Shown: in pieces, positions 46,025-54,081 of the stretch
Position numbering within the stretch: the stretch's first letter is position 1
Layout: each line of letters opens with the position of its first letter
Source: Candidatus Dormiibacterota bacterium
Lineage (GTDB): Bacteria > Chloroflexota > Dormibacteria > Aeolococcales > Aeolococcaceae
Assembly: GCA_049279755.1 (NCBI GenBank)
Contig: JBAPOS010000008.1
Location: 1 to 59,131 of the forward strand
DNA: 59,131 nucleotides
Reading direction: 5' to 3'
Program-made: the position numbers and the translations under genes
Notes under the pieces: model-generated
Database searches by the model: none
Told to the model about the DNA's origin: nothing
The model's input: only the letters and a program-made list of their open reading frames with translations

Positions 46025-47842
46025 ATGACATTCTTGTCACGGCGCTCCGCTCTGTGCCGTACGCTCTGCGCCCTGAACCCTCCTCGATGGCCCGGTAGCT
46101 CGGAGCTTCGCATCGGCCTCGGCTGCATGCGCCTGTCCAATGGCGCTGATGCCGACGACCCGTCCGCCTTCGACACCATCGCGGCCGCTGCCGATGCGGG
46201 CATCACGATCTTCGACACCGCGCACGCATATGGACCCGGTGATTCGCCGACGGGTCGCAACGAGCGGCTGGTCGCCCAGGCGCTCCGTCGCTGCGGCGCG
46301 GACGGGCACGCCAGGATCGTCACCAAAGGCGGCATGAGCCGTGCCGGCGGCGGATGGATTCCGGACGGTCGGGCCCGGGCGATCCTCGCCGACTGCCATG
46401 CCAGCCTCGCCGCTCTCGACGGGTTGACCATCGACCTCTACCTCATCCACGCCCCAGACCCGCGAACCCACTGGAGCACGTCGGTTCGCGCGCTGGCAAC
46501 GCTGCTGCGGGAAGGCGCCGTTGGTCACGTGGGGCTGGCGAACGTCAACCGACGGCAATTGGAGGAAGCATGCGAGCTGGTCGACGTCGCCGCAATCCAG
46601 GTGGGGCTCAGTGTCCTCGACGACAGCGCCGTCCGAGGTGGGCTCGTCGATTTCTGCGCCGCGCGAGGCATCGCGGTGATTGCCCACTCTCCGCTCGGCG
46701 GCGTGCGCCGGGCTCAGTCGCTCACTCACCGTACTGAGCTTGTGGACGTCGCGCGCTCCCGGGCGGCGACACCCGGGGAGGTGGCGCTTGCGTGGGTGCT
46801 CGATCTGTCGCCGGTGGTCATCGCAATACCGGGAGCACGGCGTCCGGCAACGGTCCGTTCAGCCGCCCGGGCGGCGACGCTTCAACTCGAAGCGAGCGAC
46901 CGGGCGCGGATCGTCAGTGGCTTCGGGTGGCCGCAACCGGGAACGAGCGACACGTCGGCGACGCGCGCGGGTGATGCCGAGGTCGTCCTGGTGATGGGTA
47001 TCCCGGGCGCCGGCAAGAGCCGTCACACCGAGGAGTACGTGGCGCACGGCTACGTTCGCATCAACCGCGACGAGCGCGGCGGCTCGCTCCGCGCGCTCAA
47101 CGACACGCTCGATGACGCGCTGTCGTCGGGCGGGCAGCGGATCGTTCTGGACAACACCTACCTCACCCGCGTGACCCGGAGCCACGTCATCGAGACAGCG
47201 AGACGGCACGGCGCATCGGTTCGGTGCATCTGGATCGACACCCCGCTGGCGCAGGCTCAGGTCAACCTCGTCGAGCGCCTTCTCGGACGGTTCGGCAAGC
47301 TGCCCGAACCCGACGAACTGCGGCGCGTCGGACGCCGGGAGCCGGGGATCATGCTCCCGACCAGCCAGATGCGCACCGTTCGTGAACTCGAAGTTCCGTC
47401 GGTCGACGAGGGATTCGTCGAGGTGCGGCGGATCCCATTCCAGCGCATACCCGGAGCGTCGCTGTCGACCGCGGCCGAACCTCAGGAGGCTGTCTTCGTG
47501 GCCGCTGCGGCGCTGAAAGTCAGGGGCTGGGAACGCGCAGTCGCGCTGGCGGCGCCCGAGGCGCCCCACCTTGTGTTCGAGTGGAGACCCGGCGAGACCG
47601 ATGAGATCCTCGATGCCGGCGTGGATCGGCTGTCCGCGCACGTCCGAGGCAGCGTGGTGGCCGCGCTCTGCCCCCACCCCGGAGGTCCGCCGGTGTGCTG
47701 GTGCCGGCCGCCGCTGCCGGGGCTCATCCTGGCCTTCGCGCGAGCGCACGGCATCGACCCGGCTGGTTCGACGCTCATCGGGGCGAGCCCCGCCCACCGG
47801 ACCCTCGCCTCGACGCTCGGTGCACGCTTCATCCAGGTCTGA
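46025..47842 (+). CDS. Tri-domain fusion: aldo/keto reductase, P-loop PNK-like kinase, and a degenerate HAD (GmhB/histidinol-phosphatase-type) domain
   Basis: AKR tetrad context is present (FDTAHAYG, IVTKGG, LIHAPD). Kinase: GIPGAGKS...RINRDE...VLDNTYL...VRCIWIDTPLAQAQVNLVER. HAD-like C-terminus: CPHPGGPPVCWCRPPLPG, but with VFVAAAAL in place of the DxDGT motif. Confidence 0.75.
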   Translation: MTFLSRRSALCRTLCALNPPRWPGSSELRIGLGCMRLSNGADADDPSAFDTIAAAADAGITIFDTAHAYGPGDSPTGRNERLVAQALRRCGADGHARIVTKGGMSRAGGGWIPDGRARAILADCHASLAALDGLTIDLYLIHAPDPRTHWSTSVRALATLLREGAVGHVGLANVNRRQLEEACELVDVAAIQVGLSVLDDSAVRGGLVDFCAARGIAVIAHSPLGGVRRAQSLTHRTELVDVARSRAATPGEVALAWVLDLSPVVIAIPGARRPATVRSAARAATLQLEASDRARIVSGFGWPQPGTSDTSATRAGDAEVVLVMGIPGAGKSRHTEEYVAHGYVRINRDERGGSLRALNDTLDDALSSGGQRIVLDNTYLTRVTRSHVIETARRHGASVRCIWIDTPLAQAQVNLVERLLGRFGKLPEPDELRRVGRREPGIMLPTSQMRTVRELEVPSVDEGFVEVRRIPFQRIPGASLSTAAEPQEAVFVAAAALKVRGWERAVALAAPEAPHLVFEWRPGETDEILDAGVDRLSAHVRGSVVAALCPHPGGPPVCWCRPPLPGLILAFARAHGIDPAGSTLIGASPAHRTLASTLGARFIQV

Positions 47843-47884
47843 GGCGCCCGCATGCGTCGGCACCGCTCACGGCAGAAGTGGGCC

Positions 47885-48181
47885 TCAGGGATGCGACGGG
47901 GCGGGCGGCGCGCCCTCGAGTTCGAACATGAGGTCGTCGAGGTAGCAGTAGTACCAGTCCTCGCCAGGCTCGTATGACCGGATGATGGGGTCAGCCACCG
48001 ACTTGAAGTGCTTCGTCGCATGTTTCCCGGGCGAGTAATCGCAGCATCCGACATGTCCGCATTCCTGGCAGACACGAAGGTGCACCCAGTCGTGCCGGCC
48101 GGCGGCCACGCACTCGACACAGCCGGTTCCAGAGGGCGTCACGTCGTTGATCTGGTCGAGATGCTGGCAGACGTCGCTCAT
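47885..48181 (-). CDS. UBP-type zinc-finger (ZnF-UBP/BUZ) domain protein
   Basis: 98 aa; CQHL...CVEC...HLRVCQECGHVGCCDYSPGKHATKHF is the characteristic Cys/His spacing of zf-UBP. Confidence 0.8.
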   Translation of the reverse strand: MSDVCQHLDQINDVTPSGTGCVECVAAGRHDWVHLRVCQECGHVGCCDYSPGKHATKHFKSVADPIIRSYEPGEDWYYCYLDDLMFELEGAPPAPSHP

Positions 48182-49119
48182 GGCGCTCTCCTCAGGGCGT
48201 GATCAGTGGCCGGTGCATCCGGTTCGCTGAATGTCGTCAAGTCGCTGCTCCATCCCATCAACCTCGCGGCGCCATCGTAGGACGAGGCGAGGAAATCGCG
48301 GATGGCTCGGCGCGGATCCGCAGTGGCAAGCGCCGCCTCGTACGGAAAGAGAAACTCTCCCGCGTCCGGGCTCCAGGCGGCCCCGGTGGGACGCACGGTC
48401 ACCGCACTGATGTCCGGGGGCGCCGGGTACGCGTAGGAAAAGAAGGTCGCGGACGGCACACGATGATCACCCGGCCACCAGCCCGCGCAGACCTCCTCGG
48501 CGTCCGAGCCGAAATGGGCGATGACGCTGTCACCGGGCAGGGGCTCCACCAGCTTGCCGGAGTATCGCGTCAGGGCGAGGTCGAAGGTGCCCCAGAAGAA
48601 TTGCACCGGCGTGGTCCGTCCCCGGAATCGCGCGCGATGTTCCTTCATCACCATGTCGATCATCGAGAGCACGTGCTGAAAGCGCAGCACCTGAGCCCTG
48701 TCGTAGGTGACATGGGTGTGGTCGTCGGGAAAGGGAATGGGATCCGGTACCTCGGATGGGTGCACTGAGATGGCAACGTCGATTCCCATGCGTCGAAGCG
48801 CGTCCATCACATCGCGATAGAAGTCGGCGACCGCGCCGCCGAGGGGGCGGCGTTCCATCTGTCCGTCGCTGGTGCGGATCACGAGCACGTGGTCGCGCAG
48901 GTCGAGTTCGGCATCAAAGGTGCGCAGGCCAATGGGCAGCGGCGACGTGGTGAGTCCCCTCGCGGTGACGTAGAGGGGCACATTCGCCCAGCCCGGTTCG
49001 AAAGGGCTGAGGGCGAGGCGAAGCTTGCCGATCACCTGGGCGTACATGTGAAGCGTGTCGCGAGTGTCGCGCCACTCTGCGTATGGCAGAGCCAGCCACC
49101 CGCCGGAGGCGTCGTCCAT
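48178..49119 (-). CDS. DUF5996-family protein (function unknown)
   Basis: 313 aa; LPYAEWRDTRDTLHMYAQVIGKLRLALSPFEPGWANVPLYVTARGLTT matches my memory of DUF5996. 4-bp overlap with the zf-UBP gene. Confidence 0.65.
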   Translation of the reverse strand: MDDASGGWLALPYAEWRDTRDTLHMYAQVIGKLRLALSPFEPGWANVPLYVTARGLTTSPLPIGLRTFDAELDLRDHVLVIRTSDGQMERRPLGGAVADFYRDVMDALRRMGIDVAISVHPSEVPDPIPFPDDHTHVTYDRAQVLRFQHVLSMIDMVMKEHRARFRGRTTPVQFFWGTFDLALTRYSGKLVEPLPGDSVIAHFGSDAEEVCAGWWPGDHRVPSATFFSYAYPAPPDISAVTVRPTGAAWSPDAGEFLFPYEAALATADPRRAIRDFLASSYDGAARLMGWSSDLTTFSEPDAPATDHALRRAP

Positions 49120-49204
49120 TCCTCAATGATGATGACGACGAGGCTGCGGGCGGAGCCCAAGGCCGGTTGTCCCGCCACGGCCGAGAGGCTACTGTGTCGG
49201 CGCC

Positions 49205-50812
49205 GTGACCGACCAACCCACGACGTCTGAGCCGGAGACGCACGGTTCCACCTGGTCGCCGTTGCGGATCGGCGTTTTTCGCGCCATCTGGCTCGCGGTC
49301 CTGGTCAGCAACATCGGACTGTGGATGCAGACCGTCGGCGCGCAGTGGCTGCTCGTCGAGCAGCCTCACGCGTCGATCCTTGTCGCGCTCGTGCAGACGG
49401 CCGACATGCTGCCCGACGTCATCTTCGGGGTCGTCGGCGGCGTGCTCGCCGACATGTTCGACCGGCGCCGGCTGCTCATCGCGGTGCAGGCGTTCATGAC
49501 TGTGACGGCCGTCGCCCTCACCGCGTTGACCTTCGCCGGGCAGATGCCGCCGGCATTGCTGCTCACCTTCACCTTCGTTCTCGGGACGGGTTCGGTCATC
49601 TCCTTGCCGGCGTATCAGTCACTGATTCCTGAGCTGGTTCCCCGGAGGCAGGTCGCCGCCGCGTCGACGCTGGGATCGATCAGCGTCAACCTCGCTCGCG
49701 CCGTCGGACCTGCGATCGCCGGTGTCCTGATCGCCCGCATCGGGGTCGGTGCGGTCTTCGCGATCAATGCGGCGACCTTCCTTGCGTACTGCATCGTGGT
49801 TGTCGCCTGGCACCCGAAGGTCGACGCATCGACCCAACTCCCGGAGCGGTTCGCCTCGGCGCTGCGTGCGGGCGGACGGTACGTCCGGTATGCGCCGGTC
49901 GTGCGCCGGATGCTGCTGCGCACCTCGCTGTTCCTGGTGCCCGGCAGCGCGTTGTGGGCGCTGCTGCCGCTGGTGGCGACACAGCGTCTGAACATGGGAG
50001 CCAGCGGGTACGGGCTGCTCCTCGGGGCGCTGGGCGTCGGCGCCGTCGCCGGCTCGTTTCTCCTGCCCCCGCTTCGGGCGAAGCTGTCGGCGAATCGCCT
50101 GCTGCTTGCCGCAAGCCTCGTGTATGGGGCCATCATGGCCGCGATCGTTCTCATACCGACGGCGGTCATTGCCGTTCTGCTCCTGCTGCCGGCAGGGCTC
50201 GCGTGGATGGCGGTGCTGTCGACGATGAACGCATCGCTGCAGCTCTTCCTGCCCGAATGGGTTCGCGGGCGGGGCCTCTCGGTGTATCTGACCGTGCTCT
50301 TCGGCAGCCAGGCGATCGGTGCGGTCGTCTGGGGTTTCGCTGCGGCGCCGAAGGGCGTGACTCCGGCATTTCTCATCGCTGCCGCCCTGATGGTCGGCGG
50401 CGCCGCGACCATCAGGATGTGGCCGATGATCGACACCGCCGGCATGGACCGCCGAACCGTCAGCCGATCCGAGCCGCAGCTGGCATTCGACGCGCTCCCC
50501 GACCAGGGTCCGGTGGTCGTCAGGATCACCTACACGGTCTCGCCGGAGCGTGAGCGCACCTTCCTGGATTCGATGGCCCGTGTGCGGCTCTCGAGGCTTC
50601 GCACCGGTGCGACCCAATGGGGCTTGTTCCGCGACGGGGAGAGACCCCACGAGTTCGTCGAGCTGTTCGTGGTCACCTCGTGGGATGAGCACCTGCGCCA
50701 GCACACCGATCGGCTCACCGGAGCCGATGCTGAGTACCTGGACTACGCGCGCTCGCTGTCAGACCCGGAGCCGCGCACGTCACACCTCATCGCCACCGAG
50801 CTCACCGGTTAG
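49205..50812 (+). CDS. MFS transporter (EntS/MFS_3-like) with a ~100-aa soluble C-terminal alpha+beta (ABM-like) domain
   Basis: Twelve hydrophobic segments, then VVRITYTVSPERERTFLDSMARVRLSRLRTGATQWGLFRDGERPHEFVELFVVTSWDEHLRQH. Confidence 0.8.
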   Translation: MTDQPTTSEPETHGSTWSPLRIGVFRAIWLAVLVSNIGLWMQTVGAQWLLVEQPHASILVALVQTADMLPDVIFGVVGGVLADMFDRRRLLIAVQAFMTVTAVALTALTFAGQMPPALLLTFTFVLGTGSVISLPAYQSLIPELVPRRQVAAASTLGSISVNLARAVGPAIAGVLIARIGVGAVFAINAATFLAYCIVVVAWHPKVDASTQLPERFASALRAGGRYVRYAPVVRRMLLRTSLFLVPGSALWALLPLVATQRLNMGASGYGLLLGALGVGAVAGSFLLPPLRAKLSANRLLLAASLVYGAIMAAIVLIPTAVIAVLLLLPAGLAWMAVLSTMNASLQLFLPEWVRGRGLSVYLTVLFGSQAIGAVVWGFAAAPKGVTPAFLIAAALMVGGAATIRMWPMIDTAGMDRRTVSRSEPQLAFDALPDQGPVVVRITYTVSPERERTFLDSMARVRLSRLRTGATQWGLFRDGERPHEFVELFVVTSWDEHLRQHTDRLTGADAEYLDYARSLSDPEPRTSHLIATELTG

Positions 50813-51123
50813 CTCGCGGTGTCGGCGTCCTGCATCTCGATCCACACGAGACCCTGCAGGCCAAGGCGGAAACGCCCTCCGGCGCGCACGATCACCATGA
50901 GCACACCCTCGCACGCGCTGCATCGCAGCACCGCACCCGGCGAGCGTGGAGACATGTACAGGTGCTGCGCACCCATGGCTCCGACAGACCCGCACGCGGC
51001 GCAGGCGCCGCGGGCCGTGGTGAGCTCGTTAACGAAGAGATCCTGGAACAGCCCGGCCGCCGCGTTGCCGTCGAGTCTCAGCTCCTGCTCGGTCATCTCA
51101 GCGTCATCCTCCGGTGGGACCAA
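50809..51123 (-). CDS. DUF6510-like small protein with a CxxC...CxxC motif
   Basis: 104 aa; LDGNAAAGLFQDLF...ACAACGSVGAMGAQHLY...LRCSACEGVLMV. 20-bp overlap with the upstream reductase gene. Confidence 0.7.
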   Translation of the reverse strand: MVPPEDDAEMTEQELRLDGNAAAGLFQDLFVNELTTARGACAACGSVGAMGAQHLYMSPRSPGAVLRCSACEGVLMVIVRAGGRFRLGLQGLVWIEMQDADTAS

Positions 51124-51856
51124 ATCGCTCGGTCTTGATCCGCGCCGGCTCGTGGCCGAGTTTCACGAGCGAACCTGCCGCCGACTCGACCAGTGGGGTC
51201 GGACCGCAGGCGAAGATGAGGGGGCGCTCCGCTGGAGACCACGCGACCGCGCTCAGCATCGCCGTATCGATGCGCCGGTGCAACCCCGGCCACCCCTCCG
51301 GGACGGTGCGGGTGAGCGTGTGGATCACCTCCAACCCTGAGCCGGCCGCGACCAGGCGGTCGAGCTCGTCGCGGAAGATGACATCCTCGAGTGAGCGTGA
51401 CGAGTACAGCAATCGGGTCGGAATGGCGCTGTCGGCAGCCTGCCTGAGCCGGAGCATGGCCATCAGCGGACAGATCCCGGATCCGCCGGCGACGAGGAGA
51501 AGCGGACCTCCGAGGGCGACCTCCCAGACGAAGTAGCCACCGATCGGACCGCGCAGCTCCAGCTTGTCCCCGGCTCGCAGCTCGCCCGCCAGGTAGGGCG
51601 AAACCTCGCCGTCGTCGAGGCGCTCGACGGTCAGGGTCAGCCGCTCCCCGGCCGGCGCCGATGCGATCGAGTAGCTTCGCTCCGCCTGGTAGCCGTCCTC
51701 AGCCGTCAGGCGCACGTCGACGTGCTGACCCGCCAGGTGACCCGGCCAGCCGGGGACCGCCAGGGCAAGGCTTCGCACCCGTGAGGTCTCATCGATGAGG
51801 TCGACCACCTCGGCGGTGCGCCAGATCAGTCGCCGCTGTAGCGCTGTTCCTGCCAC
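51104..51856 (-). CDS. FNR-like FAD/NAD(P)-binding oxidoreductase (no ferredoxin domain)
   Basis: RSYSIAS (RxYS), GGSGICPLMAM and a C-terminal CGP motif. Start uncertain. GTG 51856 gives a 31-nt overlap with the Moco gene, ATG 51937 gives 112 nt, and GTG 51808 gives none. Confidence 0.8.
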   Translation of the reverse strand: MAGTALQRRLIWRTAEVVDLIDETSRVRSLALAVPGWPGHLAGQHVDVRLTAEDGYQAERSYSIASAPAGERLTLTVERLDDGEVSPYLAGELRAGDKLELRGPIGGYFVWEVALGGPLLLVAGGSGICPLMAMLRLRQAADSAIPTRLLYSSRSLEDVIFRDELDRLVAAGSGLEVIHTLTRTVPEGWPGLHRRIDTAMLSAVAWSPAERPLIFACGPTPLVESAAGSLVKLGHEPARIKTERFGPTGG

Positions 51857-52431
51857 GGATCGCCATACATGTGGTAGCCGTACGTCTCCCAGAAGCCCGG
51901 CGAGTCCTCGTTCATCAAGCGCAGTCCGCGCACCCACTTGGCGCTTTTCCAGAAGTACAGGTGCGGCACCAGCAGCCGTGCGGGCCCGCCGTGCTGGCTC
52001 TCGAGCGGCTGCCCGTCAAAGGCAAAGGCGATCCACGCTTTGCCGCCGGTGACGTCGTCGAGCGGGAGATTGGTGGTGTACCCGCCGTCGCAGAACGCCA
52101 TCACGTAGTCCGCCGCGGTCTCGACGCCCTCGAGCAGGGTATCCACCGAAATGCCCTCCCAGGTGGTGTCGAGCTTGGACCATTTGGTGACGCAGTGGAT
52201 GTCACGAGTCACCGTTTCGCTCGGCAGCGCACGCAATTCCTCCCAGCTCCAGTGCTTCTCCACATCGACCTCGCCCTCGATCGAGAACGACCACTCAGCA
52301 AGGGAGGTGTGCGGCGTGGGACCGGCAGAGAGCACCGGGAAGTCGCGGACCAGGTACTGACCCGGGGGCAGGCGTGCATCTCGGGGTTGATCGCGGGGCC
52401 GACCCTGGAACGCCCGGCTCACGAACCCCAC
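51826..52431 (-). CDS. Small sulfite-oxidase-fold molybdopterin-dependent oxidoreductase (YuiH/YedY-like catalytic domain), cytoplasmic
   Basis: 201 aa; TRDIHCVTKWSKLDTTWEG (Moco-ligand Cys context) and GGPARLLVPHLYFWKSAKWV. No Tat/Sec signal peptide at the N-terminus. Confidence 0.8.
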   Translation of the reverse strand: MGFVSRAFQGRPRDQPRDARLPPGQYLVRDFPVLSAGPTPHTSLAEWSFSIEGEVDVEKHWSWEELRALPSETVTRDIHCVTKWSKLDTTWEGISVDTLLEGVETAADYVMAFCDGGYTTNLPLDDVTGGKAWIAFAFDGQPLESQHGGPARLLVPHLYFWKSAKWVRGLRLMNEDSPGFWETYGYHMYGDPWQEQRYSGD

Positions 52432-52661
52432 GCGGTGACCTCCACACGGGCATTGTGATGGGCTCGCGATCCTGCCCGCAGGGCTGGTCTGCGGCTCCGT
52501 GTGGCCGGTGCTCTTGCCCGCCCTAGGTTTAGCCCAGTGCCGTTGGGGTATGGTGATGGCATCGCCTCGAGTCTCGAGGGGTATCGCTCGTGGTCGTCAT
52601 TCCTTCTCGAACGGACGCGCTGCGTCTGTTTTGCTAACGAGAAGGAACTGGAGAGACCAGA

Positions 52662-52862
52662 GTGACTGGTACCGTAAAGAAGATCGTCGCCGAACGCGGC
52701 TTCGGCTTCATCACCGCCGAGGATGGACAGGAGTATTTCTTCCATCGCAGTGGACTCGATAGTTCGCTGACCTTCGAAAACCTCACGGGCGATGAGCACG
52801 TGAGCTTCGAGATCGAGCGTAGCGACAAGGGCCCGCGTGCCCGCCAGGTCCGGGCGGCCTAA
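52662..52862 (+). CDS. cspA: Cold-shock protein (CspA family)
   Basis: 66 aa; GTVKKIVAERGFGFITAEDGQEYFFH contains the RNP-1/RNP-2 motifs. GTG start with an upstream GGAGAG. A ~230-nt upstream untranslated gap is typical of csp genes. Confidence 0.92.
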   Translation: MTGTVKKIVAERGFGFITAEDGQEYFFHRSGLDSSLTFENLTGDEHVSFEIERSDKGPRARQVRAA

Positions 52863-52880
52863 CCCTCGCTGCGTGAGGCA

Positions 52881-52913
52881 TCCGGTCATCGCCTCTCCTT
52901 GGCGATGACCGGA
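52881..52913 (+). terminator. Hairpin terminator after cspA
   Basis: 13-bp perfect stem TCCGGTCATCGCC / GGCGATGACCGGA with a 7-nt loop, 19 nt after the stop. No U-tract (I-shaped, as is often seen in high-GC genomes). Confidence 0.6.
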
Positions 52914-53048
52914 ACCTCGATTCGCCGTATAGAGTGGACTCACTGATATGGCGGACGAAGCCCCGCACGTGGCGGACGTAACCACGAGGAAAGCGCTGGA
53001 TAACAGCGACGGTGCGGTCGTCTGAGCATCGCTAACCGAGCCGACCAG

Positions 53049-54050
53049 GTGGCCGTGCCCGCGAGGCGGAAACTGCCGGTACCGCTTCGGCGCTTATTGA
53101 CCGGCGTGATCGGGCTGGCCGGGATCGCCGCCGTCGTGCTCTTCCTCGACCCCGCCAAGGTGGGCAGTGCCTTGGAACACTTCCAGCTGGCTCTGATTGC
53201 GCCGATCGTCTTGCTCTCGGTGCTCGTCTACATACTGCAGGGGATTCGCTGGCACTACCTGCTGACCGACGTCGGCACCCGGCTGCGACTCCGCGACACG
53301 ATCCTGATCAACCTCGCGGGGCAGACCATCACCGCAATCGTGCCATTGGGCGATCTGACACGCGCGGCGTTTGCAAGTACCGCCGACGGCACGGACTTCG
53401 GCACCGTCGCGGCCACAGTCACGGTGCAGGAGCTGTCATACATGCTCTGGCTCATCCTCGCGGCGCTGCCGGCGATCCTCGCGTTGGGCTACGGGCTCGC
53501 CGCGGTGATACCGGTCGCGGTGGGCATCGCACTGATTGTCGTCGTGCTCACCGTGTCACCCGTGTTCTGCCGGTTCCACGACCTGGTGGCGCACATACCG
53601 TTTCTCAACAAGCTGCTCCCGGCCATCGACGAGTTGCAGCAGGAAACGTCAACACTGCTGCACCGCCGCGACGCCCTTGCTCTTTCGGTGCTCGACGCGG
53701 CGCGTGTCGTGGTCGCCGTCACCACCTTCTGGCTGGTGCTGCAGGGTTTGGCGCCGGGGCACGTCGGCTGGTGGCAGGCTGCGTTCGTCCTCGCGCTGGC
53801 CACAATCGGTGGCGCAGTGAGCCTGATTCCCGGCGGCGTCGGCGCCAACGAGGCGAGCGTGGCCGCGCTCCTCATCTTCCTGGGGTTTGCGTCGGGGAGC
53901 GCCGGCGCCGCGGCGATCATCCAGCGAGGGCTCATGACCGGGCTGTCCCTCGTCCTCGGCTTCGCCGCCTACGCACTGATCAACAAACGTCTCCACCTCG
54001 GCGGCATCTTCCAGCTGTTCGCACGCAGGGCGGCACCCGTTAACGCGTAG
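53049..54050 (+). CDS. UPF0104 / lysylphosphatidylglycerol-synthase-TM-region-like (flippase-like) membrane protein
   Basis: 333 aa with about 8 hydrophobic segments; GIRWHYLL and LIPGGVGANEA motifs are typical of the family. Confidence 0.7.
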   Translation: MAVPARRKLPVPLRRLLTGVIGLAGIAAVVLFLDPAKVGSALEHFQLALIAPIVLLSVLVYILQGIRWHYLLTDVGTRLRLRDTILINLAGQTITAIVPLGDLTRAAFASTADGTDFGTVAATVTVQELSYMLWLILAALPAILALGYGLAAVIPVAVGIALIVVVLTVSPVFCRFHDLVAHIPFLNKLLPAIDELQQETSTLLHRRDALALSVLDAARVVVAVTTFWLVLQGLAPGHVGWWQAAFVLALATIGGAVSLIPGGVGANEASVAALLIFLGFASGSAGAAAIIQRGLMTGLSLVLGFAAYALINKRLHLGGIFQLFARRAAPVNA

Positions 54051-54081
54051 TCGCCCGGCACCCGTCCACACTCTCTGCATC

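Noticed and set aside
49619-50704. 361-aa and 304-aa minus-strand ORFs
   Set aside because: Antisense to the MFS transporter gene, with Arg/Gly/Asp-rich composition.
52948-53025. 25-codon ORF (MADEAPHVADVTTRKALDNSDGAVV) between cspA and the UPF0104 gene
   Set aside because: No SD, no recognisable family, and it lies downstream of the cspA terminator. Insufficient evidence to call it.
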